A stretch of 64,000 nucleotides of DNA from a virus: the IMG/VR virus record IMGVR_UViG_3300033149_004566, positions 48,863 through 112,862 of that record; one strand, given 5' to 3'. The translations under genes were made by a program, and so were the position numbers. Of this stretch, positions 29,031-38,872 are shown in pieces. Positions within the stretch are counted from its first letter, which is position 1. Each line of letters begins with the position of its first letter. Below the pieces are notes generated by a model that worked only from the letters and a program-made list of their open reading frames with translations, did no database searches and was not told the DNA's origin.

Positions 29031-31972
29031 TGAGCTACGAACGAATGCGCGGCGTTTTTACCACGCCGTATTTGAAAACTTTGTTGTTGGATAAGATAGG
29101 ATCTGTATCGATCGTGTCTAACATTGCATCATATACGTACGTGACCACAGTTGACGCGCCGTCTTCGTTGCTTTTAAAGATTTTTCAATTAAATGAAAAT
29201 GATGTGAAAATCAGGATTTCTTATGATGATGAAAATCTGATCACTAGAACCGTCGAACACACCATAGAGAGAAACACGCTGGCCGACGAATATTTGTACG
29301 TGGATTTGAATGGATATAAAGTAAGAAAAGTAAACGATGTTACCATAATAGACGGCACGGCTAATGACGGAACGTGGGAATTTTACACGTTGTCTTGGAA
29401 TAATAGCAAGTTGTTCATGTTGTGTGCAAATTTTCTTTCAGAGATGTCGAAAACCAATAGAGATATCATGATGGAAAATTTTATAGATTATGCTACCACG
29501 ATTGGATTGGAAAGGTGGGGGCAAGATTTAGATGTTGCCATAGGCGAAGGTTGGTCTGAAGAGATATACAGGACTATACTCAAAGCCATAAGAAGCTTTC
29601 ACAATCCATCGGTTAATTCGTTGTATGACCTCATAAATAGCTTTGAGGACGATGAGTTTTTCCACATTTTTGAGTTACACGATGGCGAATATCAATATAA
29701 TGGTGGAATTACAAATGGTTGGCTTTTATATGCGACACATGACATGCCGACATCGTTTGAGATACAACGGGTTGTTGGCCAAGAAAATTTGACGGACGAA
29801 CAATTGAGTTCCATATTGGATTATGTCAGGCCGGTTAACACGCATTATTCGATAACACATCCGATACCCGAAGACGCCGATGAGTGGACTGATACCGATT
29901 TTAGAGATTATCAAGTTCAGTTAGATCACGATTCTACAGCAACTCCCATATGTGATACCACGTATAATGTCGGACAGACGATATCAAATGTCAGAACATC
30001 TCCTGGGATGGTATTGAGGGTGCGAAAAGTTACAAATTCATACACTCCTTCGTTTGATTATTACCGGGAATTGAGCTTGACCGAATCAAATGGCGTCGAC
30101 AGAACTGATGAAGTGATTGTCACAAGCGTGTCTTCAATAACATCTGGAAATTGTTATCATGATTCAATTAGAGTATATAATAGATATTCTACAGAAACGG
30201 AAATAACATCTCAAGTATTCAATAAGATACACGATACATTCGATACTGATCATAATTTTACGAGTTCTACAGATTGGTCAGATCCTACTGGTTGGACTGT
30301 ATCTGAAACTGTAAATTCATCTGTTCAAGTTTTACCACATTTCATGGGACATAAAAAAGTTGTTGAAATGTATTATGATGGCTCTGGATACATGTCTTTA
30401 ACCGACACGTTTGCCAGCAGTCAAGTTGACGAAGTTATAGAATTTTGGATCAGAATAGACGATGCTACTAATGGTGGATTTGCTGTTAATATAGATTCTA
30501 GTTCAACTAACGCAATTTTATTTGCAATATATCAAGGAAAATGGCAATATTATGATGGCTCGTCGTGGAACGATGTTGGAGAAAACGCATCTAGCGACAC
30601 GTGGTATCATGTAAAATGTGATTTTGATTGCGATACTGATACGTATAGCTTAACGATAAATAATGGAACAACACACGCTTCAATTCCTTTTAGAAATTCA
30701 GTATCAAATGTTGATAAAATAACTTTTGATAGACTTTCTGGTAATAGTTATACGGCTTATGTTGGTGCTGTCGATTACTCTTGGGAAACGGATTATTATG
30801 ATGGAAGAATAAAATATCTAACGTCGTTTGACGTTGCATTTCTTGCTGATGTGTCAGCAAATTCTACAGAATACTATAGGATATATTATCATTCGTCGTC
30901 AAAAGGAGATCCAGGATATACGGGAATTAGTAGATCTGGCAACGAAGTTACCTGTTCGGACAATACCACGTATCTTTTGGAATCTAGTACTACTTCGAGA
31001 TTGATGGGTAATACACAAGAAGATAAAAACGGCGTGGATTGGGCACTATATACTAATTATTTTAATTCGATTCTGAATTTATTTGACAGCAATCAGTCGC
31101 CGATTTGGTTGGAAGATGGAGCCGTATTTTGCGAGGGCGTTTTTTACGAGTCATCAAACGAATATGCCTATTTCACGTTTTACGATAACGATCTGATCAA
31201 GGAAACGTGGAAAGCCGATGCAGTACATACGACCGATTACGTGCATGATTATGATGTTGGCGGCACGTTTGTTGATTATACGCGTTTATATTACAACAAT
31301 GATTGGCAATCACATGCCTCTGGAGACGGAAATACCAATTACGTGATCCAAACTGGAAAAATATTTTGGGATGACTCCGGCGACAAGGAAATAATTTACG
31401 TGTGGCTTTATTCAATAACCGATGAATCAAAAAACGTATTGGTATATTCCAATCAAGTAGATCGCGTCATATTAAATATAGGTCATGATGGATCGGACAC
31501 TCTTTTAGCAAATACGGAATATGAAGTATGGCACGGGTTTAGAGACGTAGGATCAACGTCTTTTAATTTAAAGAAATCTTATGTGGATGATTTATACACG
31601 GAAGTGGTGTCAAATCCGCTCACGCAGAGCTTGACATCTGAAAATAGTGAGGATACTATCACAGAGTTTTCAACTTCGTTAAAAATTGAAGTTTACGAGT
31701 GGGATACCGATTATTCCACCACGATTGCGGCCCCTCTGGTCACGAGTGGTGAAATCGATTTTAGCGACGTGCAGGTAGATTTTCAAGACATTCAAGTGAC
31801 GTTTACGGATGTTGACTTGGACGAAACAAAAACTTATCTGATACACGTGTACACTACTGGTGGCAATGCAACATCTGATCCAGAAGGATATGGAAATTAT
31901 TATGAAATTAGATACCAGAGTGGAAATCCATATCCATATGGATCTGCATATCAAAATGGGAGTGAAATATAA
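29027..31972 (+). CDS. Baseplate wedge (gpI-like) fused to large lectin/beta-sandwich receptor-binding region
   Basis: FIDYATTIGLERWGQDL..YRTIL..VRPVNT wedge motifs; ConA-like IEFWIR..WYHVKCDFD; ADVSANSTEYYRIYY. Confidence 0.65.
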   Translation: MMSYERMRGVFTTPYLKTLLLDKIGSVSIVSNIASYTYVTTVDAPSSLLLKIFQLNENDVKIRISYDDENLITRTVEHTIERNTLADEYLYVDLNGYKVRKVNDVTIIDGTANDGTWEFYTLSWNNSKLFMLCANFLSEMSKTNRDIMMENFIDYATTIGLERWGQDLDVAIGEGWSEEIYRTILKAIRSFHNPSVNSLYDLINSFEDDEFFHIFELHDGEYQYNGGITNGWLLYATHDMPTSFEIQRVVGQENLTDEQLSSILDYVRPVNTHYSITHPIPEDADEWTDTDFRDYQVQLDHDSTATPICDTTYNVGQTISNVRTSPGMVLRVRKVTNSYTPSFDYYRELSLTESNGVDRTDEVIVTSVSSITSGNCYHDSIRVYNRYSTETEITSQVFNKIHDTFDTDHNFTSSTDWSDPTGWTVSETVNSSVQVLPHFMGHKKVVEMYYDGSGYMSLTDTFASSQVDEVIEFWIRIDDATNGGFAVNIDSSSTNAILFAIYQGKWQYYDGSSWNDVGENASSDTWYHVKCDFDCDTDTYSLTINNGTTHASIPFRNSVSNVDKITFDRLSGNSYTAYVGAVDYSWETDYYDGRIKYLTSFDVAFLADVSANSTEYYRIYYHSSSKGDPGYTGISRSGNEVTCSDNTTYLLESSTTSRLMGNTQEDKNGVDWALYTNYFNSILNLFDSNQSPIWLEDGAVFCEGVFYESSNEYAYFTFYDNDLIKETWKADAVHTTDYVHDYDVGGTFVDYTRLYYNNDWQSHASGDGNTNYVIQTGKIFWDDSGDKEIIYVWLYSITDESKNVLVYSNQVDRVILNIGHDGSDTLLANTEYEVWHGFRDVGSTSFNLKKSYVDDLYTEVVSNPLTQSLTSENSEDTITEFSTSLKIEVYEWDTDYSTTIAAPLVTSGEIDFSDVQVDFQDIQVTFTDVDLDETKTYLIHVYTTGGNATSDPEGYGNYYEIRYQSGNPYPYGSAYQNGSEI

Positions 31973-32451
31973 TGGGTGACCTATATTTTAAGTGGCTAGG
32001 CATACCATACGGTTGGGATTCTGATATTGGTACACAGACAGAAGAATTAGTAAATAATTATATCGGAGATGCTGCTGTAAAATGGATTTTTACTGGTGAT
32101 GGATTAACGCATTGGTTAGAATATGAAATACCTTCCGGTTCGGAAGTTAACCTAGCAAGTGGATCCCACACGCAAATGTGGGCAAAAATAAACTCGTCGC
32201 ACGATATAAATTTTGATGACGTGTACATATATGATTTAAACGATAATTATTTTAGCAAGACAGCCGGATTGACAATATCTTCTGGATCGTTTCAGGACGT
32301 TCACGTGGATTTACGAAATCCGGATATTATGAGCGGTTCGTTGGATACGACCGCAATACATAGATTTAGAATGAATTTTGATACGGTTAATGGTGTTGAA
32401 TACACTGTAATTGTAGACATGTTTAGATTTGAAAAGCCGTGGTCAAAATGA
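31972..32451 (+). CDS. Tail-associated beta-sandwich protein
   Basis: ORF in tail module; four SGS motifs. Confidence 0.6.
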   Translation: MGDLYFKWLGIPYGWDSDIGTQTEELVNNYIGDAAVKWIFTGDGLTHWLEYEIPSGSEVNLASGSHTQMWAKINSSHDINFDDVYIYDLNDNYFSKTAGLTISSGSFQDVHVDLRNPDIMSGSLDTTAIHRFRMNFDTVNGVEYTVIVDMFRFEKPWSK

Positions 32452-32548
32452 TGATAATTGATAAGAGAAAATTAAAGGATAAAAAGAAAAAAACATCATA
32501 CGGTTATACAGCCGAACAAAAAGAAAAATGGATTAAGAAAAGGCGACA

Positions 32549-33529
32549 ATGATGTCTGATCCCAGTGATGAATATACTATTCATGTAAATCATACTAATA
32601 CAAATCATTATCCCGTGTATTCTGATCATTTTAATGATGTCGTGAGAAGTAGCGGGGGCGATGCACCGTATGGTTTACAAAGAACAGTTGAAATGCGTTC
32701 ATATGATAAGTTTGGCAATGTTGTCGGAAATACAAGAGAAGATGGCTCAGATTTAGAACCTGTTAGCGGTACTACTACCACGTTTACAATACTTAGTGGA
32801 TCGGCTTATATAAAAGGTGTTAGATGTGATTTAGTAGAGAATGTTCCCATAACAATAGGCCCAAATGGCTATTATACATATTACGCAGAATTACCACCCG
32901 AATACGAAGATTCGTCCGATTACGAACCACCATACACTTTGGATAGCAACAACATATCCTATTATTATGATCCATCATCGTATCCTGATATCGTGGACGT
33001 CAATAAATTACCCATTGCTAAGGTTGATGTCGGATCCACGTTTAGCGGCACGATGAATGAGTTAATAGATATACGGCAAATGTATTGTAAAGGACATGGA
33101 ACAGATCAAGTTGTTCAAATCAGGCAATTAAACATTACGGAAAGTGCAACGTTTAATGGGGTTAATATCACCGATTATACAGTACCAGTAGGAATGATAG
33201 GAATTTTTGACGCATCATGTCCATCTGGATGGACTCACGTGTCTGCGTATAATGGAAAGTTTATCAGGGGAGCCGCATCTGCGGGTGCAACGGGCGGATC
33301 TGACACTATAGCAGCACATCACCATACAATACCATCAATGTCTTATACAGGCAATACAGGAAGCGGCATAGGAACTTTTTCTCTCGTGTTACTTGGAGTG
33401 CCATCTGTTGTATTATTGGATCACACGCATTCTATGAACCACACGCATTCGGCACAAACATCATCTGATGACGGCGGACACGATAACCGCCCATCATACA
33501 TAGAAGTAGTGTTTTGCAAGAAGGATTAA
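32549..33529 (+). CDS. Tail fibre protein with collar domain and HxH metal-binding tip
   Basis: PVGMIGIF..CPSGW, GKFIRG..GATGGSD, HHH/HTH, HDNRPSYI.VVFCKKD. Confidence 0.8.
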   Translation: MMSDPSDEYTIHVNHTNTNHYPVYSDHFNDVVRSSGGDAPYGLQRTVEMRSYDKFGNVVGNTREDGSDLEPVSGTTTTFTILSGSAYIKGVRCDLVENVPITIGPNGYYTYYAELPPEYEDSSDYEPPYTLDSNNISYYYDPSSYPDIVDVNKLPIAKVDVGSTFSGTMNELIDIRQMYCKGHGTDQVVQIRQLNITESATFNGVNITDYTVPVGMIGIFDASCPSGWTHVSAYNGKFIRGAASAGATGGSDTIAAHHHTIPSMSYTGNTGSGIGTFSLVLLGVPSVVLLDHTHSMNHTHSAQTSSDDGGHDNRPSYIEVVFCKKD

Positions 33530-33530
33530 A

Positions 33531-34466
33531 ATGGTAGATAAATACACCACCAAAATAGAGACACATTTATCATTAATGGACGAAATGATAAATGATGTTA
33601 ATAGAGATAACGATAAAGTGGGATTACAGCGAGCTATCGAGAACAGGATATTTGATAAGTTTGGAAACTTGGTGGGAAATACGAGTGAAAATGGAACCGA
33701 TTTACAATGTGTTATGGATGAATCTATTACCATATCTATAAAAAAAGGATGTGGATATATAAATGGTGTTAGATGCGTGTTGGAAAATGACATTTCATTC
33801 ACTTTGAGTCAAGAAGACGGTTATTATATGATCTATTGTGAAGCACCGTCTAACGACATTCCACCTTATAATTTGACGTCTGAAAATTTTGGTTATGTCT
33901 ATGATGAGGCATCGGTTCCGACCACGACTGAAATAGATAGATTAATATTATCACGCGCCGTGATACAAAATGGCATAATTACAAGCATACATGATATGAG
34001 ACAAATGTTTAATAACACGGCTTCTGGAATGATTGTTCAAGTTAGAAAAATAATAGGTATAGAAACAAGTGTTGCAAACATATTTGGTGACGAGCCATTG
34101 AGTGACTATCTAATACCTCCGGGCTTTATAGGAATATTTGACACCTTGTGTCCAAGTGGATGGACTCGATTGAGCGGTTCTGGAGAGCCGTTTTATAACA
34201 GGTTTATAGTGGGATCTTCGTCATATGGAAGCACTGGAGGCAGTGATTTTATAGATAATCACACGCATGTTGGTACTTATACGTTTACTGGCACTACGTC
34301 ACAACATGGGGGCATAATAGGTTCGTCTCCTGGAATTCCATCTGTATTTCAATGGATAATACATTGGCATAATATAGATCACACGCACAATGTTACAACT
34401 ATAGAGAATGGTGGGCACGACAATAGGCCAAGTTATATAAATGTCGTGTTTTGTAAGAAAGATTAA
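33531..34466 (+). CDS. Tail fibre protein, paralogue of 32549-33529
   Basis: Same motifs: GLQR..YDKFGN.VGNT, PPGFIGIF..CPSGW, HDNRPSYI.VVFCKKD. Confidence 0.8.
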   Translation: MVDKYTTKIETHLSLMDEMINDVNRDNDKVGLQRAIENRIFDKFGNLVGNTSENGTDLQCVMDESITISIKKGCGYINGVRCVLENDISFTLSQEDGYYMIYCEAPSNDIPPYNLTSENFGYVYDEASVPTTTEIDRLILSRAVIQNGIITSIHDMRQMFNNTASGMIVQVRKIIGIETSVANIFGDEPLSDYLIPPGFIGIFDTLCPSGWTRLSGSGEPFYNRFIVGSSSYGSTGGSDFIDNHTHVGTYTFTGTTSQHGGIIGSSPGIPSVFQWIIHWHNIDHTHNVTTIENGGHDNRPSYINVVFCKKD

Positions 34467-34480
34467 AAGGAGGTCTTTGT

Positions 34481-34729
34481 ATGCAAGATATCTTGAATTT
34501 GAAAAGAAAATGTAAGTACATCAAAACGGATCGTGGCCCTGAGCCATGTCCAAGAAAAGAAGAGGACATCACGGATGCCACTTGTATTGCTTGTTTGAGC
34601 AATTTAAATCTGATAGTACTTACTGATCTTAAAGCAAATACATACAATGCTCTTGAAACAATTTCAAACCAGATCAGAAAGATCTGTGGAAGATTAAAGA
34701 ATATAGAGAGCGCGCTTTATGAAAAGTAA
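34481..34729 (+). CDS. Small Cys-containing coiled-coil protein
   Basis: GGAGG RBS; C..C..CxxC. Confidence 0.65.
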   Translation: MQDILNLKRKCKYIKTDRGPEPCPRKEEDITDATCIACLSNLNLIVLTDLKANTYNALETISNQIRKICGRLKNIESALYEK

Positions 34730-34740
34730 ATGGTGAAAAC

Positions 34741-35295
34741 ATGATTGAAATAGTTCAACTGATTCTTTTGGTATTGTTGAATTGTTCTATAGGAGCTATA
34801 ACAGCTGGAGTATATCGTTTATGTCAGGAAAATTTAGCCGATGGTCTTCAAAGATCGGAAGCGGTACGCATTCTTCAACAATCTGGATTTGGCGCACTTT
34901 ATGGTAGTCTGGTAGTAGTGGTTTTATGGACTGCAATTGGATGGCTAGTTTTATTTCATCCATGGATGGGCGTGACCATTATTTCTACTATAACTCCCAT
35001 TTTGGGCGGATCGGATCTGACAATCCTTATAAAAAATAAGGTAAAACAATTGATCAGGCCGAAAACGGACGATGAGAAAGCCGTGATAATCAAGGAACAA
35101 CTCGCAGAAATAAAGAATTTACAAGAAACAGTAGAATCTCTAACGGATCAGGTTGATGACTTGTTAAATGGCAAGAATATAGAATTGAGACCACTTCTTA
35201 ATGAACCAAACACAACGGATGTCGAAGATAAAGAGGACAATGAGTTATTAAAAGCTGCAGAGGCACCCAATGGTGATGAAACGGAAGAACTTTAA
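34741..35295 (+). CDS. Membrane protein with coiled-coil (holin/lysis candidate)
   Basis: About 3 hydrophobic segments then acidic coiled coil; end of tail module. Confidence 0.5.
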   Translation: MIEIVQLILLVLLNCSIGAITAGVYRLCQENLADGLQRSEAVRILQQSGFGALYGSLVVVVLWTAIGWLVLFHPWMGVTIISTITPILGGSDLTILIKNKVKQLIRPKTDDEKAVIIKEQLAEIKNLQETVESLTDQVDDLLNGKNIELRPLLNEPNTTDVEDKEDNELLKAAEAPNGDETEEL

Positions 35296-35938
35296 AACGT
35301 TGGAAAAAATATACACGCGAGTTTTTCTCGCACCATTTTTTATTTTATCCATCATTACGCTGATGGGTTGCTACTTGCATTATCCCGTGCAAATAGTGTC
35401 GTTCATCTGTGCCATGCTCTTATTGGTTGATGTGGAGCTCTATTACTTGGGAATGACCAAGCGAGATCTAGAGAGAAGATTTGGAATGAGCACCGGTAAG
35501 CTGGCATTATCAAAACATGTTTTGAGAAAACAGATATTCAATTTTATAAGATACGATTTGAGAATTTATATTTTTGCATTATTATCGTTGATATTTTTCA
35601 TAATTTCATTATACGGCGCGACTTTTATAATACCAATGATATATAGTTATGCGCCGTTTCTCATATTTTCCACTACAATACCACAATCTTACAAGTTAAA
35701 AAAATTGGGCAATGAGGCTTGTCAAATACAGAAAAAATGCCACGAGCAAATAGAAATGATTACTAGAACGTATTCAAAGATGGATGTAGGTAGCAGGAAG
35801 TATGCATCCAGAGAAATAAGAAATAAGTCCATGATAGCAAAAAGACAAGTTGAATTCATTGAAAAAACTACTGCCGGAATGAATTATAAGTTTGAAATAT
35901 TCAAGTACGTGTTTACTGCAATAGTATTATTATTATGA
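35270..35938 (+). CDS. Multi-pass membrane protein
   Basis: 4-5 hydrophobic segments. Confidence 0.6.
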   Translation: MVMKRKNFKTLEKIYTRVFLAPFFILSIITLMGCYLHYPVQIVSFICAMLLLVDVELYYLGMTKRDLERRFGMSTGKLALSKHVLRKQIFNFIRYDLRIYIFALLSLIFFIISLYGATFIIPMIYSYAPFLIFSTTIPQSYKLKKLGNEACQIQKKCHEQIEMITRTYSKMDVGSRKYASREIRNKSMIAKRQVEFIEKTTAGMNYKFEIFKYVFTAIVLLL

Positions 35939-35947
35939 GGTGATGCA

Positions 35948-36880
35948 ATGAAAGAAATAAAAATAATCTGTGGAAATCGTGGAGGTTGCGGAAAAACCAG
36001 GTTGATGGTTGCGGAAACAATCTTTCACATTCGCAAGAATCAGAAAACGGTGACGTTCGATTGGAATCTTAATAATCCGGATTTTCTCGCCATAATGCAT
36101 TTCTTTAACAAGGATCACACTGAGATAGACAATAGGATAATTTCTACTGAAGTTTTCGTGGACAACACAAAAAAGAGGCTGAAAATATTTTATCCGATGA
36201 ATGCACATCAATTACAGGACGATGAATTTTGGAAATATTTAAAAGGTGTTTTAGATTCGACAAGAAGAGACACCATACTCATTGTTGATACCAGGGTAGA
36301 TATAACCAGATTGCCGTGCTGGAATGGCGAGTGCGTCAAGTACATGGAGAGATTTAAGGACATCAAAATAACCATTTATTATATTTGGGGTTGGGTCTAT
36401 AGATATGATGAGCTCGATCTCATCAAGCAATCGTACGGATGGCTGAGAAAATATCTTCCAAATGTCAACTTCGTGCACGTGTGGAACGTAAACGAGCAAA
36501 AAAATCCCAAGAAATTGTTCAAGTCAATATACAAAAAATACAAGAAATTGTTGTTGAAAAGCACTAAAAGAAGAATTTCAATAAGGACGTTATTGGAATT
36601 GATAGAATCTTTAAACTTCTCGCACGATACGGATGAAGTTGATGCAAACGACATACCTGAAGCGATATGGGAAGAATGTTTTGAAAAGATGATAGACATG
36701 GTTTCGGGAAAGCACGCGATTTACAACTGGCTTCTGATACCGGAAAAAATCGACATGTCGTTCAGCACCGATGCAGATATAGCCGGAAATAGAAGCGATA
36801 TAAGATTATTGGAAAGCAACATGAAAAAGTTTTACAAATACGTTTACGATTTTGAAAAAATGCGCGATAAACTGGCCTAG
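35948..36880 (+). CDS. ParA/MinD-like P-loop ATPase
   Basis: GNRGGCGKT deviant Walker A, FDWNLNNPD, ILIVDT; GGTGA RBS. Confidence 0.7.
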   Translation: MKEIKIICGNRGGCGKTRLMVAETIFHIRKNQKTVTFDWNLNNPDFLAIMHFFNKDHTEIDNRIISTEVFVDNTKKRLKIFYPMNAHQLQDDEFWKYLKGVLDSTRRDTILIVDTRVDITRLPCWNGECVKYMERFKDIKITIYYIWGWVYRYDELDLIKQSYGWLRKYLPNVNFVHVWNVNEQKNPKKLFKSIYKKYKKLLLKSTKRRISIRTLLELIESLNFSHDTDEVDANDIPEAIWEECFEKMIDMVSGKHAIYNWLLIPEKIDMSFSTDADIAGNRSDIRLLESNMKKFYKYVYDFEKMRDKLA

Positions 36881-37011
36881 AGTTTGCGATTATTGCGCGG
36901 GTTTTGTGCCTCCTTTCCCGCGCGTGTTCCGGACGGACTGTCCCGCGGACAGGTTTACGGTTTTATCGTGCCAAAAAAAAATAAAATGTAAAAAGAGTTT
37001 GAATAAAAAAA

Positions 37012-37045
37012 TTAATAAAAAAAGGCCCGCCTCTCGGCAGGGCCT
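37012..37045 (-). terminator. Terminator of the minus-strand arm at the convergence point
   Basis: AGGCCC-GCC-TCTC-GGC-A-GGGCCT hairpin (37023-37045) preceded on + by A-tracts (U-tract on -); next to stop of 37048-37401. Confidence 0.75.
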
Positions 37046-37047
37046 GT

Positions 37048-37401
37048 TCATTCATCCAATTCCAATGCTTCTTCAGGATACCAGAAGTCGTTTTCCAGAA
37101 GGTAGAGTCCGTTTGATATCAACACGTCTTTTATTTTAAATGTCTTTCCGATAAATTTCTCCATTTTGCCGTCTATCCAAATGATTCCATCGTGTAGAAG
37201 CACTTTTTTTACTTTTACACTGTCGTTTATTTTAAACATTTTTGGCGATTTATCGGTTATTTCCTGACATGTCGACGAACTACTGCTCTTATCGCACGAC
37301 ATGGCGCATTTTATTTTACATAAATGACAACATCTGTAAGATTTTACGATTTCGTTTTTACAACCATTATTTTTTATATGGATCTTACAATATATATTCA
37401 T
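37048..37401 (-). CDS. Cys-rich plus SH3/KOW-like protein; paralogue of the N-terminus of E2 45118-46341
   Basis: YCKIHIKNNGCKNEIVKSYRCC..C vs YCKKHIKAGGCPNQIIKSYKCC..C; DFWYPEEAL vs NMWFPDEVV. Confidence 0.75.
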   Translation of the reverse strand: MNIYCKIHIKNNGCKNEIVKSYRCCHLCKIKCAMSCDKSSSSSTCQEITDKSPKMFKINDSVKVKKVLLHDGIIWIDGKMEKFIGKTFKIKDVLISNGLYLLENDFWYPEEALELDE

Positions 37402-37402
37402 G

Positions 37403-37756
37403 TTACAACCTTCCTAACACGTCTTTTAACGTGTCTGTTACCGTTAGAGGAATGTTTTTTATTTTTTCTTTACTTTCGGTGTTATCTTTTTTATATTTTA
37501 CGTGTTTCATTACAATGTACCACATCTGTATTATAAATGCGGCCAGATGTGTCAACTTCATGGTATCTCCATTCTCTATCTCTATAAAAGTCTCGAGAAG
37601 AGAATTAAGATCTTCTTCAAATTTACTTCCAGAAAAATCTCCTGCTGTTATGTGTAGCAGGTAAATCATTTCCATGGTTTCCGCAAAGTTTAATTTCTCG
37701 CGGAATAATTTATTTTTTAACTCGTATTTTCTTTTATCAATATCTACGCTTTTCAT
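37403..37756 (-). CDS. Hypothetical protein
   Basis: Coupled ORF. Confidence 0.6.
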   Translation of the reverse strand: MKSVDIDKRKYELKNKLFREKLNFAETMEMIYLLHITAGDFSGSKFEEDLNSLLETFIEIENGDTMKLTHLAAFIIQMWYIVMKHVKYKKDNTESKEKIKNIPLTVTDTLKDVLGRL

Positions 37757-38142
37757 GTTCTATCACGCATTATATTTAATATGTTTCTATCATTATTTAT
37801 TTTTTTTACCATATATTTAAATATGGTATCTTCGGATAAGTGTGTTATTATGACCGATGGATTACTTAAGGCACACATGATGTTTTCTTCGGTCGGGTTT
37901 TCATCGCAAATGTATGAACAATCCTTGCACGGATTGCATGATTTGCAATAATATTCGAGAGCGGCCTTGATAAATAAGTCTATGATTATCGAACCAGTAT
38001 TTTTCTTGAATCTGGTAATCATCCCGAAAAAATCTCCATCTGTTATTCTTTTATTATTCGGTTGTTTACCAGACATCTTACATATTATTAAGTTTCCATA
38101 TAAATTATAAATGATGACATTTGTTATTTCCACAATTATCAT
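37753..38142 (-). CDS. Cys-cluster family A protein
   Basis: YYCKSCNPCKDCSY. Confidence 0.75.
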   Translation of the reverse strand: MIIVEITNVIIYNLYGNLIICKMSGKQPNNKRITDGDFFGMITRFKKNTGSIIIDLFIKAALEYYCKSCNPCKDCSYICDENPTEENIMCALSNPSVIITHLSEDTIFKYMVKKINNDRNILNIMRDRT

Positions 38143-38507
38143 CCTTCTACAGTTCTATAAATTTTGAGCAAGCGTCTTATTTCCGGAATCGTAAGCTCGT
38201 CAATAATATCTTCTATCTGGAACTCATCGAGATAGTTTTCAATGTTTCCCCATGTGTTTTCGACGATCTTTATCAGATCATCATGGTTGCATCTTGCCGG
38301 CAGCGTGCATTTTCTACCGGCACATATACGACAGTTTTTTACATGGGGATTATTATATATTATCGAACACACGTCATATTTGGTCATCAAATTTGTCTTT
38401 TCTATTATAAATTTAACGATGTCTGAAATAGCGTCTTGATCGTATTCATCTTTTATGAACACTTTTTTTAATATTATGTTGCCAGACAATATTTCCATGC
38501 ATATCAT
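38139..38507 (-). CDS. Cys-cluster family A protein (divergent)
   Basis: NCRICAGRKCTLPARC. Confidence 0.65.
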   Translation of the reverse strand: MICMEILSGNIILKKVFIKDEYDQDAISDIVKFIIEKTNLMTKYDVCSIIYNNPHVKNCRICAGRKCTLPARCNHDDLIKIVENTWGNIENYLDEFQIEDIIDELTIPEIRRLLKIYRTVEG

Positions 38508-38872
38508 GTATTCATCTCCACCAGATATTTCATGATTAGATAGTCGAGCGGCAATTTTTCAGTTATTTTGTCCTTTGACACGAACTTCAATATTGATTTC
38601 ACGTCGTAATATTCTCTTATGACAATACTAAATGGCGTTGTAGTGTAGTCGATCTCAACCAGATGACAGTCCAGACATTTTTTACAATTAAACCAATAGC
38701 ATTCTATTTCTCTCATTAGCATATCTCCGTATTTTTTTTGTATTTTTTTCCAATCATTGAAATCTCTTGACGCTTGCCTGATCTCCAAGTAAACGTAATA
38801 TCGTTCGGCTTTTACTGAAGTTCTCTCCATGATGGCATTTTCTTTGTATATTTTACAAGTTACAACGTTCAT
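38504..38872 (-). CDS. Cys-cluster family A protein
   Basis: ECYWFNCKKCLDCH. Confidence 0.7.
   Translation of the reverse strand: MNVVTCKIYKENAIMERTSVKAERYYVYLEIRQASRDFNDWKKIQKKYGDMLMREIECYWFNCKKCLDCHLVEIDYTTTPFSIVIREYYDVKSILKFVSKDKITEKLPLDYLIMKYLVEMNT

Noticed and set aside
32549-34466. Invertible or DGR-diversified tail fibre cassette
   Set aside because: Both genes are on the same strand, DNA identity is low, and no inverted repeats, invertase or RT were seen
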